Positions 12,987 through 26,640 of a stretch of DNA of 64,000 bases are shown here, in pieces (position 1 is the first letter of the stretch; the number at the start of each line of letters is the position of its first letter). The translations under genes and the position numbers were made by a program. Under the pieces are notes generated by a model. The model saw nothing but the letters and a program-made list of their open reading frames with translations. It was not told the origin of the DNA and ran no database searches. This DNA comes from the human T2T-CHM13v2.0 reference genome, Homo sapiens: NCBI RefSeq assembly GCF_009914755.1, contig NC_060935.1. One strand, given 5' to 3'.

Positions 12987-13141
12987 TGGTAAGTGGTTGG
13001 GCTGACATTGATGCGCCGAGGGTGACTTCCCGACTCGAATTTGCTTGCCAGTGTGACATTATTTCCAAACAGGCAATAACGTGGCATTCGCACCCCAACA
13101 ACTCCAGCCAGCACGGAGCCTGAGTGAATTCCTATCCTCAT
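12987..13141 (-). CDS. GUCY1A2: Soluble guanylate cyclase alpha-2, constitutive catalytic-domain exon (155 nt, phase 0 to phase 2; penultimate exon by recollection)
   Basis: Manual minus-strand translation gives [51 protein letters not shown] plus CA. It has the class III cyclase motifs RIGIHSG and PRYCLFG and the alpha-subunit-type GNNVTLA. The residues match alpha-2 rather than alpha-1 (which has IGLH, VKMP, ANKFESCSVPRK). Acceptor ttccttttcctctttcattcttctttag; donor CCA|gtaagt. Confidence 0.98.
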
Positions 13142-13605
13142 CTAAAGAAGAATGAAAGAGGAAAAGGAACATATTTGTTTCCATTTGGTATGCAATTATT
13201 TTAATGAAAGGCACTGCTAATTAATAATAATAATAATAAAAAAAAACTATGAGCTCCTCAAAGACAGGAACTGAGTCCTGGTCATTTTTGTGAGCCTAAT
13301 AGCTGGATCATTATAGGGCTCAAAGAAGATAAATGCTATTGAATACACAAATAAATAGATTAAGTATATGAAAAAATTTATGTTTAATTTGCTACATAAA
13401 TCTGGTTATGTTACAGGTTAAATCAGATTTCATCTGTATGTAATATGGTCTAACTTGAAAAGTATATTTTTCTCCACTTTCTCCCTCCAGTTATTCTTAA
13501 ATAAAACCTTATTTGTTCCTTTCATAGCATTAAACATAATTATAAATTAAATATTTATATTTCTGTTTATTTTGTTTAAATGTTGGATTTTCCCATCAGA
13601 GAAGG

Positions 13606-15476
13606 ATATAGTTATATATATTATATACATGTATATAATATATATAACTATATATTATATATAACTATATATAATATACATGTATATTATATATAGTTAT
13701 TAATAATTGTATACTATATTGTATATAATATATATAAATATATTTATATATATAAATTTATATATATTTATATTTTTATATTTATATATATTTATATATA
13801 TTATATAAATATATATAAATTTATATATTTTATATAATATATATAAATTATATATATTATATATTATATAAATTATATATTATACTATGTATATATTATA
13901 TATAAGTATATATAATAATATATATTCTATATTTATAGAATAATATATATTATTATATATTTATATATATATAATAATATATATTATTCTATAAATATAA
14001 TAATAATATAATATATTATATTATTATATAAATATGTTATATACGTGTATATAATATATAGTTATATATAATATATAGTTATATATTATATACGTGTATA
14101 TATTATATACACGTATAGAATATATAGTTATATACACGTATAGAATATATAGTTATATTATACACGTATAGAATATATAGTTATATACACGTATAGAATA
14201 TATAGTTATATACACGTATAGAATATATAGTTATATACACGTATAGAATATATAGTTATATATTATATACACGTATAGAATATATAGTTATATACACGTA
14301 TAGAATATATAGTTATATACACGTATAGAATATATAGTTATATATTATATACACGTATAGAATATATAGTTATATACACGTATAGAATATATAGTTATAT
14401 ACACGTATAGAATATATAGTTATATATTATATACACGTATAGAATATATAGTTATATACACGTATAGAATATACAGTTATATACACGTATAGAATATATA
14501 GTTATATACACGTATAGAATATATAGTTATATATTATATACACGTATAGAATATATAGTTATATATTATATACACGTATAGAATATATAGTTATATATTA
14601 TATACACGTATAGAATATATAGTTATATATTATATACACGTATAGAATAGTTATATATAACATATAGTTATATATTATATACATGTATATAACATAGTTA
14701 TATATTATATACATGTATATAACATATAGTTATATATTATATACATGTATATAACATAGTTATATATTATATACATGTATATAACATATAGTTATATATT
14801 ATATACATGTATATAACATATAGTTATATATTATATACATGTATATAACATATAGTTATATATTATATACATGTATATAACATATAGTTATATATTATAT
14901 ACATGTATATAACATATAGTTATGTATATTATATACATGTATATAACATAGTTATATACATATAACTATATGTATATAATATATAGTACATGTATATAAT
15001 ATATAGTTATATATAATATAGTTATATACATGTATATAATATATAGTTATATATAATAGTTATATATATTATATACATGTATAAAGTATATAGTTATATA
15101 TAATATATACATGTATATAATATATAGTTATATATAATATATAGTTATATATATTATATACATGTATATAATATAGTTATATATATAATATATAGTTATA
15201 TATATTATATACATGTATATAATATAGTTATATATATAATATATAGTTATATATTATATACATGTATATAATATAGTTATATATATAATATATAGTTATA
15301 TATTATATACATGTATATAATATAGTTATATATATAATATATAGTTATATATTATATACATGTATATAATATAGTTATATATATAATATATAGTTATATA
15401 TTATATACATGTATATAATATAGTTATATATATAATATATAGTTATATATTATATACATGTATATAGTATATATAT
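13606..15476. repeat. About 1.9-kb compound AT-rich minisatellite interrupting an L2 3' end
   Basis: Four blocks: degenerate (TA)n (13606-14100); 20 units containing cacgtatagaat with 25/32-bp periods (14100-14650); 30/32-bp tacatgtatataaca units (14650-14950); 49-bp units (15160-15470). L2-like sequence on both sides (13470-13605 and 15477-15565). Confidence 0.97.
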
Positions 15477-15575
15477 TTCTTTACTGCTGAATATTCGACA
15501 TTTAGTATAGTACCTAGAGCAAAGCAGGTATTCAACATTAGTGATAAATGTTGAATAAATTGGCTGAATTCCCCA

Positions 15576-15603
15576 TTTAACTCCATTTTAAAATGGAGTT
15601 AAA
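15576..15603. repeat. 28-bp perfect palindrome
   Basis: tttaactccatttt|aaaatggagttaaa. Confidence 0.95.
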
Positions 15604-16079
15604 ATAGAGACTTCAACCCTTGAGACAGTCAATAGGCATTGATTAAAAATTCTGAAGAGTAAATTAAGTGCTGTGTATTTACTCTCTGATTAGTCTGTCT
15701 GGTCCATGCCTTGAAAAAGCTCTCAGTGTACAGTTGTTATATAATTAAACACGATAACAGTAATGGGGTTATACTGACACAGTCTACACCAAATAACTGA
15801 AGCGAATGGATAACAAGTGGGAGATGATATCCTTAGTTCTAGGGGAATGTAGAGTGTTCCTTGGAGGGAGGAAACCTGACCCCTAGATGCCTACCAAGTA
15901 GCCAAATATCACCCCTTCACCACCAGGCTCTCTTTGCCACTCTGGTTGTAAGGAAAAAAGTCAGTCTGAGAACAACCCTTGTATTGGGGCTGGAGACTTC
16001 TGCATATATCAACTCATAAAAAGATAGGTTGAAACTAATGTGACCTAGCTGCATCCCCTTATAACCTTTTCACCTACTT

Positions 16080-16420
16080 TTAAAAAATTGACTCTAAAAT
16101 TTATTTGAAAATTCAGTATGGTAGAAAGAGTCAAGATATATCTGAGAAAGATGACAAGTTACAGTATTTGCCCTACCATAAACATATCTAATTAGTGCAT
16201 GGATAGCATCATATAAACAAATAGACAAATGGAGCATTTAACCCAGAAAGGCTGCCATGCATATGTAGGTGCTAGATTTATAAAAGAGTTGGCATTTCAG
16301 ATAAGTGAGAAAAAGATGTCTTTTTTATTAGAATGCTCTGGATCAACTTTGTTTTATGTGGAAAAAACATTCCAAGTAAATTAAAGATCTTGATGTAGCA
16401 GACATAACTTCACAGCTTTA
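16080..16420 (+). mobile_element. Highly decayed L1M ORF2 fragment
   Basis: ctctaaaatttatttgaaa...aaatagacaaatggag...ggcatttcagataagtg resembles the late ORF2 of L1ME. Confidence 0.55.
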
Positions 16421-16684
16421 AAAATAATTGTATTAATTAAGAAACAATTGGTAGTATCAGTAAAACTGCAAAATATAGATACTTTGAAAACATAGACTTT
16501 TATTTGTCTTTCAATAATAGTTCCTAGATGGGTCATCCAGATTGCCAGGCTGCTCTATTCCCCTCAGTAATTCAAGGACCTGGTCCTTTTCATTGGTCCT
16601 TCTTCATGTCTTGGCACATATCCAGAGCACCCTCATGTTCCAACTCATGGGATGTGGAAAGATAGCAAATTTATCATTTAAAGT

Positions 16685-18368
16685 GACCTTCATTTCTTTG
16701 TGTAGATCCATTTGTATCTGGTATCATTTTTCTTCTTCCTACAGGACTTCTTAAATATTTCTTATACTGTAGGCCCACTGATAATAAATTCCCTCTGCTT
16801 TTTTATGTTTAAAAGTCTTAATTTTGTCTTCATATGTGAAAGATACTTTCACTGCATATTGAATTCTAGGTTTAAAGAGTTTTTTACCCCCAGTAGTTTA
16901 AAGATGCTGCTCCACTGGCTCCCATCTTGCATCATTTTGGATAAAAAATCTGCTATCATCTTTATCTTAATTCTTCTATATATAACATATCTTTTACTTC
17001 TGGTTGCTTTTAAGTTTTTCTTTTATCATCAGTTTTAGGTAATTTAGTTATGATTTACCTTGATGTTTTTTTCTTGTGTTTTGGGTTTGTTGAGCTCTTG
17101 GATCTGTGGGTTTATAGTTTTTATCAAATTTGGTAATTTTCTATTTCTTTGAATATTTTTTTCTGTCTACCTCTCCCTCTCAGAGATTCCAATTACACAT
17201 ATGTTAGGAGCTTGAATTACTTCCAAAGTCCACTGATGATCTATTCATTTAAAATAATTTTCTCCATTTATTTGGGATAATTTCTATTGCTATGTCTTCA
17301 AATTTATAATATTTTCTTTTGCAATGTCTAATTTGTTATTAATCACATTCAACATATTTTTCATCTCAGACATTGTAATTTTCCTCTATAGAAGTTCAAT
17401 TTGGAATTTTTAAAAATCTTCCAGGTATCAATTTAGCTTTTGAAAATATGGAATACAGTTAAAAATCACCGTTTTAATGCCCTTGTCTGCTAATTCTAAG
17501 ATCTGTTTCAGCTCTGTACCTATCCATTTGGATTAATTTTTCTCTTCATTATGAGTCCCATGTCTCAGATTTTCTTTATGTCTAGTAATTTTGGATTGGA
17601 TGCCAGATATCATAAATTTGACTTCTTAAGTGCTGGATATTTTTATAATCTCATAAATATTATTGAGCTTTGTTCTGGGATGCAGTTTAATGACTTGGAA
17701 AAAATTTGTTCCTTTCAAGTCTTGCTTTTAAGATTTGTTAGGCAAGACTGGAACAGTGTTTCATGAAGGGCTAATTACCCTCCCTTACTAAGGCAAGAAC
17801 CTTGAGTACTCTCTGCAGTGTCCTTGATTTATGAGGTTTTCCATTCTGCCTGATGGAAACAGGCATTGTTTTCCAAGTCCTGTATAAGTGCTAGGTGCTT
17901 TTCCATCTGATCTTTTGGGTATCTCCCTCACACCAGGGCTCAAGTAGTTTCTTCACATATGTGCACTAATCACTACCCTGCAGAATACGTAATGAGGATC
18001 CTTGGAAGATGTCAGAGGGTCTTTTTGCAACTCTTACTTCTCTGATACTCTGTCTATGACCTTTAGCCTCCTTGGTCTCCCAAGACTCTCAGCTCCATCT
18101 CTTCAACTCAAGAAGTTTGTTGGGTATCTCCTGGTTTGCCCCTCCCTGAGCCACAGCCTGGATGCCTCTCAAGGCATTTAGCTAGGACAATCATAGGGCT
18201 CATTTAATTTGTTTCTTATCTCTCAGGAATCACTATCTTCCATTGTCTAATGTCCACTGTCATGAAAACTGTTCTTTTGTATGTTTTGTCCTGATTTTAA
18301 AAAGTTTTTTTAAAGATGAGACTGCAAATCTAGTCACTGTACTCCATATTGGCTGGAAGCAGAAGTGA
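16685..18368 (-). mobile_element. Ancient L1M (MC/MD/ME-type) 5' UTR plus ORF1 fragment
   Basis: T-rich antisense ORF1 signature (ataaattccctctgc...aagatactttcactgcatattgaattctagg...aaaatctgctatcatc). 5' terminus-like actccatattggctggaagcagaagtg. Confidence 0.75.
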
Positions 18369-18445
18369 GACCTACTTTTTAAAAAAAGTAAACTATTTGA
18401 AAAACTTAAGCCTGTTTCTGATGAGGGATTCTCTATTTGGACTGA

Positions 18446-18849
<404 letters not shown>

Positions 18850-19711
18850 CAACATTAGTATATTTCTTTGGGTTTGTTTACTTTCAGAAGGCCAATTTAT
18901 ATTGTTATCTTGTGCAATGCATGTTTGCTAGAAGTACACCCAAACTTTAGATGCTAAGACTGTCCGTTTGAGATTCTAATTACTACAGCGATCTTTTCAA
19001 GCAGGAGGAGAGCAGAAGTGAGTATTACACTGACACATTTTACACTCTTTTTTTTCTTTTCTTTCTGTTAAAAAAAAAAAACAAACTCCATACTCCATAC
19101 CAACTATTTGAAAGGCTTATCTAGTTCTATTTCTGCCTCCTTTCAAAAGACCTGAGGCTTTCTTTTCAGCCTAATTTTTAGAATTATAATTTATTATAAC
19201 CCGAAAAATGCTGAAGACAAAAACTCTGATATCCTTGAGGGGGCAGAGGGTCATAGAGAGGAACAGTCATTAAAAAAAAAAGTCTTGTCTCTTAGAAAAC
19301 TATCTAAAAGAGGCACAAGAGTATCAACAACCACATAAACAGCACTGACCCACAGTCACTATCCTATCATGGAACAGGACTCAGAGAATTATTTAGTTTG
19401 GGAAGTAAGGCGATACCACTGGAAACTTACAAGCTGAATCAGCAGACTGTTTTCTTTTGCATTTCTTCTGATAATTTATTGAGATTTCCCAGGAATTGTT
19501 GCCTATATAAGGAAGTCACTGATTCCCTCATTCAGAATGTGCCAAGAGTATCTAGCAGTAAGACAAACAGTGAGATACATTTAACTATCAATGAGGGCTT
19601 TACATTCATTTGGGCAAGATTTAACTTTGTTTAAATGGGTTAACCAAGCAGTAATATTTGCATCCATCTGGCCAGTATGCTCTAGTTAAAGGAGATTACT
19701 TTGCACTAAAC

Positions 19712-19913
19712 CAATGGTTCTCACCTGAGGTCATCTGAGCCCCTCAGTGGACATTTGGCAATGTCTGGAAGCATTTTTGATTCTCACAACTGGGAGGGAG
19801 AGGTGCTACTGGCATCTATCTGTTAGAGTTAGAAATTCCTGTAACAGCTCCCCAGCCCTGGAAAAGAATTTTCCAGCCCCAAATATCAACAGTGCCAAGA
19901 CTGAGAAACTCTG
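19712..19913 (+). mobile_element. MER20 (hAT-Charlie)
   Basis: caatggttctca...ggacatttggcaatgtctgga...tgctactggcatcta...aacagtgccaagactgagaaactctg. Confidence 0.88.
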
Positions 19914-21287
19914 TACTCAGACCTCTAGCAACCTATTAATCTTGGTAAACGAGGATAAACAGAAATATAAATGCTTTCATCTGATCAAAGCTTTGACAAA
20001 GCATACTAGACTTTATTTTAAGAGAGTGTTCATGGAAAAAAAATATTTGTCCTAGGGATTTATTGAAAAACACAAAAACTTAAGGATATATCGTGAGGTT
20101 AGGCTATCTATCACCCAATCTTTTATATATTCAATGTATAAAATAATGCAAAACTCTGGGACACGTTAAAGTCCCCAATTATCAAAAGATTCAGTTATTC
20201 TCACAATATTCTGCTTCTTTATTACCAGGTTCACAAACAACTGCATTAAAAAAAATTCCTCCTGCAACTTTTAAAAGTAGAATGCTTGCACAGTTCCATC
20301 TCAGCAAGCCAAAACTCTCTTTTAGCTTAGTAAAGGAGGAGTGTTGGATTAGGAGGGCGGCACAGATCCTTTAGTCCAGCTCCCTCATTTTACAAATAGA
20401 CTGAAGCTCAAAAGAGCACAATGAAAACAGTACATTAGTGTTAGGCTCAGCTCTAGATCTTAGTTCACTTGGCTCCGAGTTCAGCGCATTATAAAAAATG
20501 CCCAAATTTAAGTGATGCCTCAGGCTGTTTCTTCTGGGCCCATCAGACTTAATCAGATAAACAAAATCAGATTTAATCTGGTTTTACCTACTTCATCTAC
20601 ACAGAAGAGTTAGCATATTCCAATTGAAACTCAGAAAATACTAGTTACACAATTATTAAATCCAACACCAGAAACCTTCCATCCCTTCTCCATCTTACTG
20701 TTCATGCTTTTCTACACTAAATATTTCCTGACTGCTCTACTCAGCACACTCCCTAAACTGCTTGCTGCATTCAAGCCTGTGAGCTTTTACTCTTATTGAT
20801 TGCCTCATCTAAAATACATCCAATCTTAATCACAGACTCTGTTCTAAGTGCTCAGAGTATAAACAGAAATAAGTCTTCATTTGTTGTTTTAGAGTTTTCA
20901 TTTGCTGTAAAAGATACAATAGCTAATTGAAATTATGATCATTGCTACAAAGTTAAAGTATAAAAGAGGGCAGGGCACTACTGACAGGTGGGTGGGGATG
21001 ACCCACTCTGGAGAATCAGTAGTCTTTCTCAAGAAAATACTCTTTGAGCTCAATGCTTCCCCACCTTTGGCTAGGTTTGGAAAGAATGATGCAGCTGTAG
21101 TCAGAGGGGTGGGAGGAGAACATCCAGGTAAAGTGAAAATAATGTTCAAAGATCCTAAAGCCTGAAGAGCTTTGGCACATTTTTGTAACTGAAAGGAGGC
21201 CCCTCAAGGTAGCTGCTGCTTAAAGAAGAGGGGAGGGAGGCAGTTTGTAAGGCTGAGGGAATATGCCCCACAGCAGATCATATAGCA

Positions 21288-21410
21288 CAGGGTTTCCCAG
21301 TGTTGGCACTATTGACATTCTGGGTTGGATAATGCCTTTTCGTGGGTGGCCTGCATTGTGCATTATAGGATGATTACTGTCCCTGGCCTCTGACCACTAG
21401 ATGCCAGTTG
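21288..21410 (-). mobile_element. MER20 fragment
   Basis: cagggtttccc...ggcactattgacattctgggttggataat...ccctggcctctgaccactagatgccag. Confidence 0.8.
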
Positions 21411-21495
21411 TAAACAGAAGGAGGAAGTTATGTCCTGTTAGTTCTGTTGCATAACGGACACAGTGCAGACTTTATATCCAATCCTGGCTCTACTA

Positions 21496-22228
<733 letters not shown>

Positions 22229-24694
22229 TCTAGCTGTGTGAATTTTAGGCATTCAGCTACCTCTGTGAAGTTTTCATTCATAAGATAATAATGATAATAC
22301 CTTCTTGGCATGATTAATACTTTCTTAGGTGGGCTGTTAGCAGAATCAACTGAGAGAAACAACAGGCCCATAGTAGACATTCGAAAAGATCTAAGTTCCT
22401 TTCCCCCACTTCCTGATAGCCATTATATTTCTCATGGTGTCAAGGACAATGACACACACCCATTTATAATTAAGTAAATAGATTTATTCTGGAATGTGCA
22501 AGTCAAACTGAAACCATGAGTAACATTATGAGCTAGCAAGTTAATACATTCAAATTTGTATTGAAACAGTCTTATTTGTGCAAGAAAAATGTCCAAATTC
22601 AAATAGGTCTATAATAGAAAAAGAAGAAAGTCTTTTAGTAGAAAAAGCCCGTAAGCTCTTCACTCATGTTTGCATTTAAGTGTTGCTTTTAGATTTATGT
22701 GATTAAGATTTTAGACTTTGGAAAAGTCTTTAACTGCTTTAACAGAAAGGAGCTTAAAATCATTGTGCACATTGTGAGGTAAGGGTGAAACAAATATTTA
22801 ATCCTTTCACCAGAATTAGTTAAAATGTATCATAAAGTTTTATTAAATACTCCTTTAATAAAATTAGGTAAGTAAAATTTCTTTTTACATTTTTGTCTCA
22901 TTCTTTTCTTAATAATCAATATTTTTCTGACAAGAAAGTCCATTATTTTAAATTCAAATTTTGAAAGCTCAAGATTCTTAGGAAGAAAACAATCAGCTCA
23001 CTCTAGCAGCTTTTACAATTTTTGCTTATTTCCCAGATGTGCAAGGAAACAGGGTGAAATAATTTCTGTGGCTATGTGGCATTTTTCTTTTTATCAGAGG
23101 ACTCAGCCTCCAGTCTGATGGTGTCAGAATGTCACATCAAGTAATACACTAAGACAAACAGCACTTTGGGCAAAATATCTTACTGTATTTACTGTCAACA
23201 TTACAGAAGCACCATTCATAGATAAATTTAACTTTACAGAAAGTATTTGACCAAATAATTATTCTCATCACTGGTAATTTCAGACCATATAATATGAGCT
23301 ATTATCACTTGTATAAAATAAAACACGGTAAAATTTTAATTAATATTTTACAGTTGGGGAAGAAAGTGGGTTTGTAATCTTGTTTACATTTTCTGATGAG
23401 GAAGGATAAAACCCTACAAACCACTGATTAGGAGGGCATGTCTAGAATCATATAGCTGATGGCACTGAATAAAATGTCAGATATTGCTGTGGGGATATAG
23501 CAATATGGCTCAAATTCACCACCACTTTCTCACAGGGCACTCATTAATGTGTATGTTTTTATTTAAATATATTTAATACCTGATAAGATATTTAAATTTG
23601 ACTCAGTCTGTAGGAGTGTTATTATTAAGGCCTATAAGCTGAATCTGAAATTTACCTCTGTGCAAAAAAAGTCTTAAAAATCTTTTCAAAGTAAGAAACT
23701 GATTTAAATCAACTGAGATACTTAGATTGAATATGCATGTACTTAGAAATAACCAGCATATAACTTAGCGGTTGAAAAAAAAGATCATTTTGTGTTAGAA
23801 ATGTAGACAGCTGACATATTTAACAACATAGTGACATACTTGAAGCACACACAAACTGACCACTATAATGAAGAGTAATAGCAGAATTCAAGGATGAAAA
23901 ACATATTTAAGGAATTCAAGAAAACAATTGTGACTTTTTTCTATAATTTGATTTTGATTCTCATATGTAGAAAAGAATTGGAAACCTTTCTCTGACATCC
24001 AGTCTTTGGCTATCTAACCAATGGGACTAAGGATACACTTATTCTACTAATCACATTTATAGCATTAATCAAATCATTCTGTGATATTTTAGTTAGTAAT
24101 AAAGACGTCTATATTGTATAATTGCCCAGATTGAAATCTACCTTGTATTAATATCCTTGTTAGTGGCTTCATTTTTAATAAAGTCTGTTAATTGCTAAAA
24201 CTTCAAAGCTCTTAGAAGTTTCTATCTTGAGACTACCACTGGAAAATATTCCTACTTACTTATCAATTCACTCAGTTAATAAGGAAAATCATTTTCTGTC
24301 AAAATGCAGCTCTTAACAGATAATCCGGAATAAAATTTCTAGGAAGAAAAAAATTTCATAGAAGCACAAATTAAAAAATGATTTAAAAAACTTTAAATAT
24401 GTAGAAATAAAATCCTTTGAAAATAGATAAAAGGATTTAGGAAAGGAGTCTCATAGTATTACATGTGTGTTTATCAGTTATTAATTCATTCATCTAAATT
24501 ACTCAGAGAAAAAACAATGCATTTGACAGAAGTATAAGAAAAAAAGGAATTTTAATAATGAGTTTGATTGTTAAACATAATAATGCTTATCATCTTTCGT
24601 AAGCCATACCTTCTTTTAAAAATAAGAATAAATAGCATAGCTAAGTTTATGCTGCAGAATAAAAGTACAGGAACAATATTAAACCCCTGAGTTA

Positions 24695-24865
24695 CAATGT
24701 AGAACTCTTGGCTACACACTGGAATCAACTGGGGAGCTTTAAAATTGCTGTTTTGAATTTGATTACTGGAGAGTAAGATTTAGCTGGTTTGGAATGAAGA
24801 TTGGGTATTGGGATTTTTAACCCTCCCTAGGGTTTCTAATATGCATCCAAGGTTGAAATCTATGA
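24695..24865 (+). mobile_element. MER5-type hAT relic
   Basis: cttggctacacactggaatcaactggggagctttaaaa...ttctaatatgcatccaaggttgaaa. Confidence 0.7.
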
Positions 24866-25759
24866 GTGTACAAAAATCACTTAATGTTTTACAGATATAT
24901 TCACAAATAATCAATACTGCAGGATCCAAGTAATTTATATACCTCTACTGTTTGCCCAGGAAATCATTTTCGCCAGCATTCTATAAATTCCTTCACATCC
25001 ATATACACATATATACTACTTCTTCAATTAGGAAACACAATATTCCATTTTGCTCCCAGGACACTGAAGTTATCAAAAAAATATTCCTTTATATCTCCTG
25101 ATGGCTTTTAAAGGCCACAAAAATATATGTTTAATTAAAATATTAGCAACTAGGACAGAACTGTGAACCCTCCTCAGACTTAATGCATTCCAGTTAGTGT
25201 AAGACAGAAGTTTCCTTGAGACCTCAGCACATCTGTTTTCGTGGCAAACACAAAACAGTTTGGGTGGCAACCCAGGCTCATTTATAGAGCATTTTATATA
25301 AACTTTTTATATAAAATAAAAAGTGCTTGTGAGGGGCAATGGGACTCCAAAGGCAAACGACTTTGTCTTGGGCGTTGGTCATTCCAGAAGCCCTTGCAGC
25401 AGCATGGTGCTGGGGTGGAGGGCATTTTAAGCTTATGCACGCCAAAAGATGTGTTAGCTTTTTGGAAGGTGTCATAGGCTTTGGAATCTGACCCATCATT
25501 TATTTATTATATTATATTGGCAATCTTGGCAAGTTAAACATTTTGATAATCCTCTTTCTTAACCCTTTTTTTTCATTATTAGAGATGAACGATGCATAAT
25601 GATAATGTATGTTTATACAAACCCCTATAAAACTGATTAAATAGTCATGCAGTGTTATCAAGGGAACAGAACAAGGGAAAGTGTTTTCTGAAAAGTTAAA
25701 TTGTTTTAAGATTTTGAAAAATAACAGAAAGCTAAAATAAAATTCAAAGACATACAATA

Positions 25760-26452
<693 letters not shown>

Positions 26453-26621
26453 TAAGGGACTGTTATGTGAAATAAAATAATTGAAAATGATAATATCAAA
26501 AAATAATTAACAAGTGTTAGAAATGAGTCAACCAACCGATAACAAAGTTAATTCCTTTGTACATACACCCCATACTCTAATCTTCTGTGTATTAATGTTG
26601 TTACCAACATTTATTCTGTTT

Positions 26622-26640
26622 GGGCATTAGATGGCGCTCA
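26622..26640 (+). promoter_or_regulatory. Candidate CTCF-binding site
   Basis: gggcattagatggcgctca resembles the CTCF core (CCAC/G-Y-AG-R-T/G-GGCGC) with a mismatched 5' part and a retained CpG. Motif evidence only. Confidence 0.3.

Noticed and set aside
12898-13101. 67-aa minus-strand ORF from the track overlapping the exon
   Set aside because: It is an alternative frame of the real exon. The cyclase-encoding frame is bounded by splice sites at 13141 and 12987.
14100-14650. Regularly spaced 25/32-bp repeats resembling a CRISPR array
   Set aside because: Eukaryotic DNA, no unique spacers and no cas genes. It is a tandem minisatellite.
22400-24650. Long repeat-poor stretch as a conserved enhancer
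   Set aside because: Absence of recognisable repeats alone is not evidence, and conservation cannot be assessed from a single sequence.
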